This document shows positions 30,336 through 40,263 of a stretch of DNA of 64,000 nucleotides, one piece after another. Source of the stretch: Flavobacteriales bacterium (GTDB lineage Bacteria; Bacteroidota; Bacteroidia; Flavobacteriales_G; JALEGO01); NCBI GenBank assembly GCA_020628935.1, contig JAHDEG010000007.1:47878-111877 (forward strand), in the 5' to 3' direction. The translations under genes and the position numbers were made by a program. Under the pieces are notes generated by a model, which saw only the letters and a program-made list of their open reading frames with translations, had not been told where the DNA came from and ran no database searches. Position 1 is the first letter of the stretch, and every line of letters begins with the position of its first letter.

Positions 30336-31645
30336 GAAACTACCTCTGCTATTAAATCAAATTCGTTAGCTTCAATTATTTTCACCTTAGCAAAGTCGCC
30401 TAGCCTTACAAATGAGTTTTTTCTGTTTACTAATACTTCGTTATCAACATCAGGAGAATCAAATTCAGTTCTTCCTACGAAATTATCACCTTCAACTTTA
30501 TCAAAAAGCACTTTGTATATTTTACCTACTCGTTTTTGATTTAACTCTAAAGATATTTGAGATTGAAGCTCCATTATTTCACTTGCCCTGTTTTGCTTTG
30601 TATCAAAAGGGACGTCATCTTCTAAATTAAAGGCGTGAGTATTTTCTTCATGAGAGTAAGTAAAAATACCTAAACGGTCAAATTTCATATCTCTCACCCA
30701 ATCATACATTTCTTTAAAGTCTTGCACTGTTTCACCAGGATAACCTGCGATAAGGGTAGTTCTTATTGCAATTCCTGGCACTAGCTCTCTCATTTTTTGA
30801 ATAAGTGCCGTAGTTTTTTCTTTAGTGGTACCACGTCTCATTGATTTCAACATTTTTGTTGATGCATGCTGTAGTGGGATATCTAAATAATTACAAATTT
30901 TGGAATTATTTCTCATTACTTCTAATACATCATCTGGAAATCCTGTTGGAAAAGCATAATGTAAACGTATCCATTCTATACCTTCAACTTTACATAGTTC
31001 TGAAAGTAAATCTGCTAACCTCCGTTTACCGTATAAATCAATCCCGTAGTAAGTGGAGTCTTGAGCTATAATCATTAGTTCTTTAACGCCTTGAGATGCT
31101 AAGTGTTTAGCATTACTGACTAATTGCTCTATTGGTGTTGATTTGTGTTTACCTCTCATTATTGGAATAGCACAAAATGAACACGGCCTATCGCAGCCTT
31201 CAGCAATTTTAAAATAAGCATAATGCGAAGGAGTTGTGAGTAAACGCTCTCCTACTAATTCATGCTTATAATCTGCCTTTAAAGTTTTAAGTAAACGAGG
31301 TAAGTCTCTAGTTCCAAAAAAAGAATCTACTTCGGTAATTTCACCTTCTAAGTCTTCTTTATATCTTTCAGACAGGCATCCTGTTACGTATAACTTATCT
31401 ATTAAGCCATCCTTTTTGGCCTCCGCATAATTAAGTATTGTATCAATAGATTCTTGCTTGGCATTTTCAATGAAACCACAGGTATTAATTATGACAATGT
31501 CTCTATCAGAATCTGTAGATTCGTGCTTAACGTCATAGTCATTAGCCTTGAGCTGCCCCATTAAAACCTCTGAGTCATATATGTTTTTCGCGCAACCTAG
31601 AGTTACAATATTAACCTTGTTTTTTCTTAAGGTTCTTGCTTTCAT
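30332..31645 (-). CDS. rimO: Ribosomal protein S12 methylthiotransferase
   Basis: The N-terminal MTTase domain is VNIVTLGCAKNIYDSEVLMG. The radical-SAM motif is CDRPCSFCAIP. A C-terminal TRAM domain is present. Length (437 aa) and overall pattern fit RimO. Confidence 0.85.
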   Translation of the reverse strand: MKARTLRKNKVNIVTLGCAKNIYDSEVLMGQLKANDYDVKHESTDSDRDIVIINTCGFIENAKQESIDTILNYAEAKKDGLIDKLYVTGCLSERYKEDLEGEITEVDSFFGTRDLPRLLKTLKADYKHELVGERLLTTPSHYAYFKIAEGCDRPCSFCAIPIMRGKHKSTPIEQLVSNAKHLASQGVKELMIIAQDSTYYGIDLYGKRRLADLLSELCKVEGIEWIRLHYAFPTGFPDDVLEVMRNNSKICNYLDIPLQHASTKMLKSMRRGTTKEKTTALIQKMRELVPGIAIRTTLIAGYPGETVQDFKEMYDWVRDMKFDRLGIFTYSHEENTHAFNLEDDVPFDTKQNRASEIMELQSQISLELNQKRVGKIYKVLFDKVEGDNFVGRTEFDSPDVDNEVLVNRKNSFVRLGDFAKVKIIEANEFDLIAEVVS

Positions 31646-31657
31646 ACTTGACTTTAT

Positions 31658-32644
31658 TTAAGATTTATTGGTAGGATCTGATGTTCCGAAAAGAGAATCT
31701 ATAAACTCAAATTTATTAAAGACTTGCAAATGATTTTCCCCCTCACCAACACCAATGTACTTTACTGGTATTTGAAATTGATCAGATATACCAATTACAA
31801 CACCACCTTTTGCAGTCCCATCTAATTTAGTTAGAGCTAACGAAGAAACTTCAGTAGCTTTTGTAAATTGTTTGGCTTGCTCAATAGCATTTTGACCTGT
31901 AGAAGCATCTAAAACTAACATTACATCATGAGGTGCATTAGGAATAACCTTTTGCATAACTTGCTTGATCTTTGTTAGCTCGTTCATTAGGTTAATTTTA
32001 TTGTGCAATCTACCTGCAGTATCAATAATTACTACATCTGCATCCTTTGATTTTGCCGATTCTAATGTATCAAAAGCTACTGAAGCAGGATCTGAACCCA
32101 TTTTCTGGGCAATAACAGGCACTCCTACTCTTTCCCCCCAAATTTGTAATTGCTCAGTTGCCGCTGCTCTAAATGTATCTGCAGCACCTAATACAACGTT
32201 TAAACCTTGGGCTTTAAATTGATTAGCCAGCTTACCTATTGTTGTTGTTTTACCAACTCCGTTAACACCAACTACCATAATAACATATGGGCCATCAGTT
32301 TTAGGAACAGAAAACTCAAAATTATTGTTTTCATTAGCATCAATAAGAAGAGTAGATATTTCTTGTTTAAGAATATTGTTTAACTCTTTAGTGTCAACAT
32401 ATTTATCTTTGGCAACACGCTCTTCAATTTTATCAATAACCTTTAATGTAGTATTTACACCAACATCAGAAGCTATCAATATTTCTTCTAGGTTATCAAG
32501 AACCTCATCATCTACAGTAGACTTACCAACGACTGCACGCGACAGTTTAGAAAAAAAACTTTGTTTGGTTTTTTCTAAACCTTTGTCTAAATCTTCTTTT
32601 TTCTCTTTAGAGAAAATATTAGATATTTTATCAAATAAACCCAT
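31658..32644 (-). CDS. ftsY: Signal recognition particle receptor FtsY
   Basis: SRP-GTPase motifs are present: VGVNGVGKTTTIGKLA, DTAGRLHN, TKLDGTAKGG and IKYIGVGE. Confidence 0.95.
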   Translation of the reverse strand: MGLFDKISNIFSKEKKEDLDKGLEKTKQSFFSKLSRAVVGKSTVDDEVLDNLEEILIASDVGVNTTLKVIDKIEERVAKDKYVDTKELNNILKQEISTLLIDANENNNFEFSVPKTDGPYVIMVVGVNGVGKTTTIGKLANQFKAQGLNVVLGAADTFRAAATEQLQIWGERVGVPVIAQKMGSDPASVAFDTLESAKSKDADVVIIDTAGRLHNKINLMNELTKIKQVMQKVIPNAPHDVMLVLDASTGQNAIEQAKQFTKATEVSSLALTKLDGTAKGGVVIGISDQFQIPVKYIGVGEGENHLQVFNKFEFIDSLFGTSDPTNKS

Positions 32645-32654
32645 GTTTAGAATT

Positions 32655-32687
32655 AAAAAAAGGCTTCAATCTAAAGAAAGAAGCCTT
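32655..32687 (-). terminator. Rho-independent terminator after rpmG-DUF4295, upstream of ftsY
   Basis: The minus strand reads aaggcttc-(12 nt loop)-gaagcctt followed by a T-run of 7. Confidence 0.65.
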
Positions 32688-32709
32688 CGTATACTATTAA
32701 TTTAAAAAA

Positions 32710-32865
32710 TTACTTAGCCTTAATAAACTCAGCAACTTTTTCTTTAGATACTATTTCTGATTTAAAAGAATAAAATCCAGTTTTTGGAGACTTCACCATT
32801 TTAATAACTTTTGCAAAATCTTTTGCTCCACCTTTGGATAAACTCGCTACAACTTTCTTTGCCAT
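32710..32865 (-). CDS. DUF4295 family small protein (not in the supplied ORF track, 51 aa)
   Basis: My hand translation of the minus strand is MAKKVVASLSKGGAKDFAKVIKMVKSPKTGFYSFKSEIVSKEKVAEFIKAK. The composition and the position between rpmG and ftsY are typical of Bacteroidota DUF4295. Confidence 0.7.
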   Translation of the reverse strand: MAKKVVASLSKGGAKDFAKVIKMVKSPKTGFYSFKSEIVSKEKVAEFIKAK

Positions 32866-32872
32866 TTCTTAA

Positions 32873-33055
32873 TTATTTAATTTCTTTATGAACTGTATAT
32901 TTTTTCATTACAGCATTGAATTTTTTTAACTCAATACGATCAGGAGTGTTTTTTCTGTTTTTTGTAGTTACGTATCTAGATGTACCTGGAAGACCACTAT
33001 TCTTATGCTCAGTACATTCTAAAATAACTTGTACTCTACTATCTTTCTTTGCCAT
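32873..33055 (-). CDS. rpmG: 50S ribosomal protein L33
   Basis: The 60-aa product [60 protein letters not shown] shows the canonical L33 pattern. Confidence 0.95.
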   Translation of the reverse strand: MAKKDSRVQVILECTEHKNSGLPGTSRYVTTKNRKNTPDRIELKKFNAVMKKYTVHKEIK

Positions 33056-33214
33056 TTGAAATAATTTGGAACACGAATTTAAGCAAAGTATTTAGATTAA
33101 TAAAATATTTTACTCCTAAGATTAAGTAATTAACCTAAGACACAAAAACTTGTTAGTACTTAACTACGAATTTATACTGTATTAAAAGTATAAATAACTT
33201 AAATTCCTAAGCTT

Positions 33215-33901
33215 TTAAAATGCTTCTTTACTTTTTGACCTTCCTTTTGAATCAAATTTAGTCCACAATCCAACTTTTTGATAATCTAACATATCAATAT
33301 TATACACTAGTTGCCCAGAAGCCTTTATTTGTCCGTTAGGATAATATTCCTTTTTATCATACAAAAGCTGCTTTTTATTCACTAACTCTAAAATGGACTG
33401 AGGTATTCCTCCTTCATAAAACATTTTTTGACTTATGACATAATCAACTTTTCGATTATATTCCTCATAAAACTCAAGCGTTCCGTCCGGATAAAAGTCT
33501 TGCCACAACTGAGCTATCCCTTTAACATATTTCACACTGGATTTTAATTGCCCGTTAGAGTAATATATTTTCATAGTGCTTCGTATATCATCTATTGTAC
33601 GAAACTCTCGCTCTAGCTGACCATTAGGATAATAATTTTTGTAATTTCTTAGTTGACCATCGATATAGTATCCGTAGTGAAGAAGATCGCCTGTTTCATA
33701 GTAATCTTTAATTGCTTGCTTACAAGCGTACCCACCGCATTTACGTACTGAATCACCCCCAATTACAAAGTTTAACTTATCATAAACATTTATACCATAC
33801 TGAGGATCCATAACCTTATCAAAGCTAAATGTACCACCTCTCTTTTGTGCTTTAGAATAAATGCTTGAAAGCAATAGTATAAATATGTAAATGTTTCTCA
33901 T
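33215..33901 (-). CDS. MORN-repeat-variant (YwqK-like) secreted protein
   Basis: It has a signal peptide and repeated YYPNGQL / YYSNGQLK / FYPDGTL / YYPNGQIK units, the MORN variant repeat. Confidence 0.75.
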   Translation of the reverse strand: MRNIYIFILLLSSIYSKAQKRGGTFSFDKVMDPQYGINVYDKLNFVIGGDSVRKCGGYACKQAIKDYYETGDLLHYGYYIDGQLRNYKNYYPNGQLEREFRTIDDIRSTMKIYYSNGQLKSSVKYVKGIAQLWQDFYPDGTLEFYEEYNRKVDYVISQKMFYEGGIPQSILELVNKKQLLYDKKEYYPNGQIKASGQLVYNIDMLDYQKVGLWTKFDSKGRSKSKEAF

Positions 33902-33902
33902 A

Positions 33903-34940
33903 TTAGCCCAAAAGTATTTTTAAGTTACATCTGACTACCTCCCCCATTGTATCGCAAGAATCAAATTCATTGGTTTTATGAAACTGATTTAACTCTTCTT
34001 TTAGTTGATTTACTTTCTCTGAAGTTGACAGTTTATCAAATTTCATGCTATCTACTAATTCCTTTAATTTATACCTCGATGCATACACTCTTTTCGCCAT
34101 AAGAGTACGCTCTTCCTGCTGATATTGTTTCACCGTTTCGGGAGTAATTAATTTAAGCCCTAGAGCTACTATTGGATTATTTTCCTTAAAATATTGTGGT
34201 AGATACAAAGTGCGTTTTCCTTCATACGATTGCTGATCAAAATCTATTGCTCTTATTCGGTACTGTTCTTCCTCAAAATCAGGTGTAATATCTATTACAT
34301 AATTATAGGACCTCATATCCCCCAATAAACGTAAAAAACAGCGCTCATTAAACTTAATAAATTCTTTAGCTATCCTTACTTTATTTGTTGTAGCTCTAGG
34401 GAGGTATTCTTTAATAAATTGGTCGCCAGGAATACCTGCAATGTGATCTTCTATAAGAGTGTTTTCGTTTACCAAGTAGTTTATACGATTTGGAGATAAC
34501 ATGTGTTCAAGTTCTAAACCATATATTCTGGAAGCATCGGCACGTTTCACATAAAAATAATCATAATTATCATTGAATTGATTTACGATTCTGATTCTGA
34601 AAGGGTTTGAATTACCAAATGTGCAATAATCGATTCTATCGACATATAAATGTTCCATCACCGTTAGATCTCCAGCAGTTCTTAGCAGGGCATATATTTT
34701 AGTTAACCCTTTGTTGATTTCATCAGATTCAGATTTATCAAACATTAGGCTCTCCCAAAGTGTATCTTCACCGTTTTTATTATACAAAGGAAAAGAATTA
34801 CTGTATCTTTTTAAATCATCATAAGCAATTGGAATCTCTTCTTCTCTGCCGTGGTTAACCAAGTAACTTCTTAAGTCTGTACTTACCTTGAATGGCGGCT
34901 TTTTTTTTGATATAAAATCTATGTCGTTTTCTGAATTCAT
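33903..34940 (-). CDS. Hypothetical protein (345 aa from the preferred start)
   Basis: This long ORF has no family I can recognise. I prefer the ATG at 34940 (MNSENDIDF...) over the ORF-track start at 35027, whose first 29 residues (MLCLYHKYFFFVTT...) look non-coding. Confidence 0.5.
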   Translation of the reverse strand: MNSENDIDFISKKKPPFKVSTDLRSYLVNHGREEEIPIAYDDLKRYSNSFPLYNKNGEDTLWESLMFDKSESDEINKGLTKIYALLRTAGDLTVMEHLYVDRIDYCTFGNSNPFRIRIVNQFNDNYDYFYVKRADASRIYGLELEHMLSPNRINYLVNENTLIEDHIAGIPGDQFIKEYLPRATTNKVRIAKEFIKFNERCFLRLLGDMRSYNYVIDITPDFEEEQYRIRAIDFDQQSYEGKRTLYLPQYFKENNPIVALGLKLITPETVKQYQQEERTLMAKRVYASRYKLKELVDSMKFDKLSTSEKVNQLKEELNQFHKTNEFDSCDTMGEVVRCNLKILLG

Positions 34941-35040
34941 GCTGATTATTCGAAAATAGCTAAAAGTTTGATGGATTATTGCTACTGTCGTAACAAAAAA
35001 AAAATACTTGTGGTATAAACAGAGCAAAAATGTAGTTTAT

Positions 35041-35595
35041 ATGTTCAATCGAATGAAGTATATAGTATTATTTGTATTTACGGTCAGTCTAGTATCATTT
35101 AATAATTACTTAATTGCACAAGAGAGCACTGAAATAAGTCAGGAAGACTTAAAAAACATTGTTCATACTTTGCCGTTACAACTCACTCAAAAATCTATAA
35201 GTATTGGGTATGAGAGGCTTTTATCAAGCAATAAAATAGGGATTAATGTTTACGGAATTTTAGCATTAAAAGACCGTACAAAAGATCTTAATCTTGAATT
35301 AAGATACTACTTAAATAGAAGTCAGAACAAAAGTTATAATATTGGAATTATTGACATTCAAAATTGCTTTTTTGAACATTTTGTGGGCATATCAGGAACG
35401 CATCTTTCGAAACCTGGATATTTATATTATAAATCTCAAGTCATAGGTGGCTCCAGAATACAATTACAATCTAACTTTAATTTTTCAATCTATTTAGTTA
35501 GTGGACCGGGCTATATAATTAAAGAACGATTCGATTCAGGAGAAAAAACATATTACACGACTGATTTAAGAGTTAGTGTAGGATTGCGATTCTAA
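35041..35595 (+). CDS. Hypothetical small outer-membrane beta-barrel-like protein
   Basis: The preferred start at 35041 (or 35053) gives the signal peptide MKYIVLFVFTVSLVSFNNYLIAQ. The C-terminus ...DLRVSVGLRF ends in Phe. No family is assigned. Confidence 0.45.
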   Translation: MFNRMKYIVLFVFTVSLVSFNNYLIAQESTEISQEDLKNIVHTLPLQLTQKSISIGYERLLSSNKIGINVYGILALKDRTKDLNLELRYYLNRSQNKSYNIGIIDIQNCFFEHFVGISGTHLSKPGYLYYKSQVIGGSRIQLQSNFNFSIYLVSGPGYIIKERFDSGEKTYYTTDLRVSVGLRF

Positions 35596-36006
35596 AATAT
35601 ACTGCAATGCCAGTTTATATGATGCTAATCCAAAGCCTGTAATTGTTCCCATACAAACTTCAGATAAATAAGAAGTTCTTCTGTAAAAACTGCGGGTATT
35701 TATATTTGAAACATGAACTTCAATAACAGGTATAGCAACGCTAGAAACTGCATCAGCAATTGCTAAAGATGAATGTGTATAAGCACCAGGATTAATTATT
35801 ACTGCTACATAATCTTTTGAGGAATTATGAATAGCGGCTGTAATATCTGCCTCGGCATTAATGTATCTAACATTAAAGTTAATGCTTGTCATATCATGCT
35901 TTAGCTTAACAAAATAATCATCTATGTTCTGAGAACCATAAATACCGGTTTCTCTAACTCCGATTTGTTTAATATTAGGACCATTAATTATCAAAACAGA
36001 TTTCAT
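35566..36006 (-). CDS. aroQ: Type II 3-dehydroquinate dehydratase
   Basis: Type II DHQase signature: VLIINGPNIKQIGVRETGIYG ... INPGAYTHSSLAIADA ... IEVHVSNI. Confidence 0.92.
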   Translation of the reverse strand: MKSVLIINGPNIKQIGVRETGIYGSQNIDDYFVKLKHDMTSINFNVRYINAEADITAAIHNSSKDYVAVIINPGAYTHSSLAIADAVSSVAIPVIEVHVSNINTRSFYRRTSYLSEVCMGTITGFGLASYKLALQYILESQSYTNS

Positions 36007-36009
36007 ATT

Positions 36010-36894
36010 TTAAGTATTTAAAGTTGGCACAATGACTTTTAAAGAATTTGGTTGAATAGAAAAGTGTAGTTTCTTACCAAGTTCAAAAACATCTCCGTCC
36101 AATTGAACCAAATCTTCGTTTTGCTCAATCACACAGCTCGTGGTTTCATATGTTTCGTAGTACTTAGATTGATCTATATTTCTTAGAAATAACCTAGCTG
36201 CTAATCCAGGAGCCTGCAAAGCCGGAAAATCTTTCATGATACAAATTTTGAATTTACCATCGTTAATTTTAGCATGGGGAGCGATATGAGCATTATTACC
36301 ATATTGACCAGAATTGGCTATCGTAATCAAAAACGCATCAAACTGGTGACTTTTATCATTGAAACTTACCTTATAATTTGAAGATTTGAATTTTGTAAAT
36401 TCGGTTAGTACAATTTTGGTGTATGTTTGAAGTCCGCGAGTTTTTTCAAGAGAAAATTCATTTGCAACGTGAGCGTCAAAACCAACACCTGCTACCCCCA
36501 AAAAAGAGTGATTATTAACTAGTAATGTATCAATACAGAATACATTTCCATCCAATATGTTTGAAATTGCATCATCTAAATTTAGAGGGATACCTAATTC
36601 TCTTGCAAGTCCGTTGCCAGAACCCAGGGGCAATATACCTAATGCAACATTTGTATTAACAAGTGTTTTACCAATTTCATGAACTGTTCCATCCCCACCT
36701 ACTGCCACAACAGTTGTAAAACCTTCTTGAATGGCTCTAGTACACATTACTTCACCTCTTTCGGTTTCAGTAGTGAATAATAAGCTGTATTTTTCGTTTC
36801 TCCTGGAAAAGACACTGTCAATAGCTGCAACAACACTACGTTTCCGTTGAACTCCAGAAATTGGATTTATAATAAAACACGTTTTATTCATCAA
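36010..36894 (-). CDS. Diacylglycerol/lipid kinase family protein (YegS/BmrU-like)
   Basis: IINPISG ... VVAVGGDGTVHEIG ... LGILPLGSGNGLAR is the DAGK catalytic-domain pattern. Confidence 0.85.
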   Translation of the reverse strand: MMNKTCFIINPISGVQRKRSVVAAIDSVFSRRNEKYSLLFTTETERGEVMCTRAIQEGFTTVVAVGGDGTVHEIGKTLVNTNVALGILPLGSGNGLARELGIPLNLDDAISNILDGNVFCIDTLLVNNHSFLGVAGVGFDAHVANEFSLEKTRGLQTYTKIVLTEFTKFKSSNYKVSFNDKSHQFDAFLITIANSGQYGNNAHIAPHAKINDGKFKICIMKDFPALQAPGLAARLFLRNIDQSKYYETYETTSCVIEQNEDLVQLDGDVFELGKKLHFSIQPNSLKVIVPTLNT

Positions 36895-38773
36895 TTAAAA
36901 CTAACTTATTATTAATCATTCTGTTATTATAAGAATGAATATAAGATTTCGCATTTATAGTGTCTAGGTTATATATATTTCCTTCAAATTTTTTGCCAAA
37001 AAGATTTTCCACCCTTTGTAAATTTAGATTTTCACCATCTAAACTATACCAGTAAATTGCTCTTTCAGTAATAAATTGATAACTATTATTTGTGTAAGTG
37101 ACTGAAAAAGTCCAGTTTGGCTCGCCTAACATATTGTTACCAAATTTTAAGTAAGGGAGATCATAATTTAGATAACCTAAAAGTGTAGGTTGAATATCAA
37201 TTTGTTGAGTTATAAGTTTATTTAATTCGCTATTCGAGCTTGAAGGATCATATATAAAAAACGGAATTTGATAATCTCTCCAATACTTTCGTTTTTTTAG
37301 AGACAGAGATGTTGGCGGGCAATGATCTGCTGTAAATACGAAAACAGTATTATCAAACCAAGGCTCTTTACTTGCATTGGTGAAAAACTGCTGTAGAGCA
37401 AAATCTATATACTGAACCATTTTTAGCATTTCATTACCTGCTTTACCCTCAAATTTATTTTTGTATTCTTTAGGCAATTTATAAGGATGATGCGTTGATA
37501 AACTAAAAAAAGTAGAAAAGAACGGCTGGTCAAATTGATTGATTTCTTCTAATGTAAAATTTAGAAAAGCATGATCATAAATACCCCAATAGCCATCGTA
37601 ATCATCTTTATGTGGATATTCGTTTTTCCCGTAGTATTTATCATAACCGATGGAATTAACAAATGAATCAAAACCCATTGTGCCATTTATTCCTCCATGG
37701 AAAAAAGCAGAAAAATATCCTTTCCTTTTTAAGAGCGAAGCTATACTACTTAGATTGTTTTGTGCGTATGTAGAAGACACTATAGGCGTATTCATTAAAG
37801 TGGGTAACCCAGAAATTACTGCTGGAACTCCATCAATTGATCTCCTGCCGTTAGATAAGCAATTTTCGAACACCAAACTATGTTGCATTAATGAATCTAA
37901 AAAATGAGTATATGTTTCCTCGGTATGAGAAAGGAATCCGCTATAAGATGATGATAGACTTTCTATAATTATTAAAACAACATTTTTTGGTTTGAACTTA
38001 GTTTGTGCAGTAAAAAGTGATGATTCATAATTCTTAATTACATTACTACTGCTTTGCTCATTGAATTTTATTAACTCTTCTTTACCATAACTTCTGATAA
38101 AAGTAAAGCAAGAATTAAGTATAAATTTAGTTTCAGAAGGGGCTACATATTTAGATGCATCCATTATTCCAATTGGCCTGAGTTGCGTACCTCCTCTTGC
38201 TCCTAAAAAACAAAAACCAATTAGTAAAATATAAGCAAAGACTGGAGTTAATTGGTCTTTAAATTTAATTGGATTGTGAAATACAGGCACTACTCTATTG
38301 GACCATTTATTAAAACAATAGCTTACTATTAACATTAAGAATATAAACATAAGTATGTAATACCAATAATTCAATAGAATTTTAGGCACTTGAAGTTTAA
38401 AATCATTGCCTGTATTCATAAACTGAATAAAGTCGTACGTTAATCTACGGTTTGTATAGTTAACATATTCTATATCTAAACAATTAACTAAAAGTGTGAA
38501 AAAAGTAGATATAATAAATAAAAGTTTAATCAGTGACCTATAATAGTGTTGCCTCTGTAAATATAATATTGGTAATAATGATAGTAATATAAATGGTGAG
38601 TAAGCATAAAAAATAGCTGAGATATCGAATCTTAAGCTATTGTAAACCCAGTCGAAAAAAGCAATATTACTACCATACTTAACTATAAATATCAATTTAG
38701 TAACAAAAAAATGTACTAATGCTAGCAGCATAGCAATTAAAAACCGGTATATATAAATTGAATATTCGCGCAT
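36884..38773 (-). CDS. LTA-synthase-family sulfatase-like transferase (phosphoglycerol/phosphoethanolamine-transferase-like membrane protein)
   Basis: Five N-terminal TM segments are followed by an extracytoplasmic sulfatase-fold domain (VVLIIIESLSSSY ... TADHCPP). I prefer the ATG at 38773, because the GTG at 38788 lies inside the upstream terminator hairpin. Confidence 0.75.
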   Translation of the reverse strand: MREYSIYIYRFLIAMLLALVHFFVTKLIFIVKYGSNIAFFDWVYNSLRFDISAIFYAYSPFILLSLLPILYLQRQHYYRSLIKLLFIISTFFTLLVNCLDIEYVNYTNRRLTYDFIQFMNTGNDFKLQVPKILLNYWYYILMFIFLMLIVSYCFNKWSNRVVPVFHNPIKFKDQLTPVFAYILLIGFCFLGARGGTQLRPIGIMDASKYVAPSETKFILNSCFTFIRSYGKEELIKFNEQSSSNVIKNYESSLFTAQTKFKPKNVVLIIIESLSSSYSGFLSHTEETYTHFLDSLMQHSLVFENCLSNGRRSIDGVPAVISGLPTLMNTPIVSSTYAQNNLSSIASLLKRKGYFSAFFHGGINGTMGFDSFVNSIGYDKYYGKNEYPHKDDYDGYWGIYDHAFLNFTLEEINQFDQPFFSTFFSLSTHHPYKLPKEYKNKFEGKAGNEMLKMVQYIDFALQQFFTNASKEPWFDNTVFVFTADHCPPTSLSLKKRKYWRDYQIPFFIYDPSSSNSELNKLITQQIDIQPTLLGYLNYDLPYLKFGNNMLGEPNWTFSVTYTNNSYQFITERAIYWYSLDGENLNLQRVENLFGKKFEGNIYNLDTINAKSYIHSYNNRMINNKLVLIDE

Positions 38774-38801
38774 AAAAAAGCCCCTCACTTACGTGAGAGG
38801 C
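38774..38801 (-). terminator. Rho-independent terminator after the 293-aa lipoprotein gene
   Basis: The minus strand reads gcctctcac-gtaa-gtgaggggc (one mismatch) followed by TTTTTT. The T-run runs directly into the ATG of the next gene. Confidence 0.6.
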
Positions 38802-38826
38802 TAAATTTAATAACTATAAATTAATA

Positions 38827-39705
38827 TTAATCTTGAATCTTAACTTTTAATGTCATTGACCCAGAGTTCGTATTGTTTCCAGTTAAGTCAGTAACTTGAG
38901 CGATACCTCTTTTACCAGCAACTGTTTCAAATACAAATTTACTTCCAATAACCATTTGAGTTAATTTAGACGAAGTAATATCTGTTTCTACCACAAGTTG
39001 AGAATCATCAATCACTAAACTGTAATCCAAAGTAGTAACCTTGAATCGTGTTGCATTTTTTACTGCAAAATCTTCACAGAAATCAAAATTACCAGTTCCA
39101 CCATTAACAGTAACGTCATCAGGAGCTGAGATAGTCGCTGCATTCGCATTTCCGAAATAATGTAAAAAGTCAACATCCGCAGAGTTTGCTTCAGCCTGAG
39201 TTTGAGTATATACCAAGTTTGAAGATGTTGCATAAAAGCTACCAGTAGTATTGTTCTGGTTTCCTAAAATAACAACTGTATACTCAGTAACTGTACCAGC
39301 CTGATTTTCAGAGGCTACTACGGTAACTGTTAATTCTTCAGTAGTAGTAACAGCCTCTTTATCATCGTCAGTTACAGCTAATGTGATTTTAAAATTATCA
39401 CCAGCAGCAGCTTGACTAGGGATAGTAAATGTCTCAGCAATAGTAGCACTACCACCGTCAACATCCATAGTTTTAGGATATCCAGAAACAGAAGAACCGC
39501 TAGAAGCAGAAACAACGTCTAATTTGTAAGAAGCCAAACCTTCAGCATCTGTTAAAGTTGCTGCAATAGCAACTACACTGTCTGGCATAACCATACCTTC
39601 GGTCACAAAACCAGAAATTACTGGATCAGAATTATCTTTTCCACAACTAATAGCCGTCATCGCAATTACAACAGCTACCATAAAAATTGAACTTAATCTT
39701 TTCAT
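38827..39705 (-). CDS. Lipoprotein, T/S/A/V-rich, Ig-like beta-sandwich-type composition
   Basis: The preferred start at 39705 gives MKRLSSIFMVAVVIAMTAISCGKDN, with a lipobox Cys. The ORF-track extension to 39771 adds 22 unlikely residues. No family is assigned. Confidence 0.55.
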   Translation of the reverse strand: MKRLSSIFMVAVVIAMTAISCGKDNSDPVISGFVTEGMVMPDSVVAIAATLTDAEGLASYKLDVVSASSGSSVSGYPKTMDVDGGSATIAETFTIPSQAAAGDNFKITLAVTDDDKEAVTTTEELTVTVVASENQAGTVTEYTVVILGNQNNTTGSFYATSSNLVYTQTQAEANSADVDFLHYFGNANAATISAPDDVTVNGGTGNFDFCEDFAVKNATRFKVTTLDYSLVIDDSQLVVETDITSSKLTQMVIGSKFVFETVAGKRGIAQVTDLTGNNTNSGSMTLKVKIQD

Positions 39706-39862
39706 TTTCTTTTGTTTTTTAATTAATGTTTGGCAAAGATATAAAGTTATTTTGACAAAAAGCTTAAGCACTGCATTTAATTTTTTCAGTAATACAACAA
39801 ATAACTTGTTGGATTCAAAGTATTATTCTAATTTTAAAACTTAAATCTTAAAATTCGTTAAA

Positions 39863-40234
39863 ATGAAAAAAATTTCTCTTTTTGCAACACTTGTTATTGG
39901 AGCATTTGTAATTGCATCTTGTGGTGGTGTTGAAGAAAAATTAGATAACGCAGCTGAAAACGCTATGGAAAACGCTGAAAACGCTGCTGATGCTGTAGGT
40001 GACGCTGCCTCTAACGCAGGTGAAAGTGTTGCAGACGGTGCAGAGAGCATGTCTGACAAAGCTAGCGAGATGGCTAGTGAAGCTGGTGAATCATTAGAAG
40101 AGGCTGGTGAAAACATTGTTGAAGGAGCTGAAAACGCAGGTAATACTGTAAAAGAAGCTGGTTCAGATGCAATGGATAAAGCAGGTGATGCTTTAGATAA
40201 TGCTGGTGACAAGTTAAATGATGCTACTAAGTAA
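39863..40234 (+). CDS. Small acidic low-complexity lipoprotein (A/E/G/N/D-rich, helical-repeat-like)
   Basis: The lipoprotein signal is MKKISLFATLVIGAFVIASCGG. About 95 aa of degenerate xAG(E/D)xxxxA repeats follow. A strong terminator follows the gene. The antisense ORF 39841..40275 is a compositional mirror. Confidence 0.6.
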   Translation: MKKISLFATLVIGAFVIASCGGVEEKLDNAAENAMENAENAADAVGDAASNAGESVADGAESMSDKASEMASEAGESLEEAGENIVEGAENAGNTVKEAGSDAMDKAGDALDNAGDKLNDATK

Positions 40235-40263
40235 TTAAAGTTATCAATAATTTTATTGATTGA

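Noticed and set aside
34941-35027. N-terminal extensions suggested by the ORF track. This one runs 34941..35027. Others are at 39706..39771, 38774..38788, 42648..42683, 43251..43277, 51030..51053 and 55131..55142.
   Set aside because: Internal ATGs give proper signal peptides or domain starts. The extensions overlap neighbouring genes or terminators, or begin at TTG/GTG.
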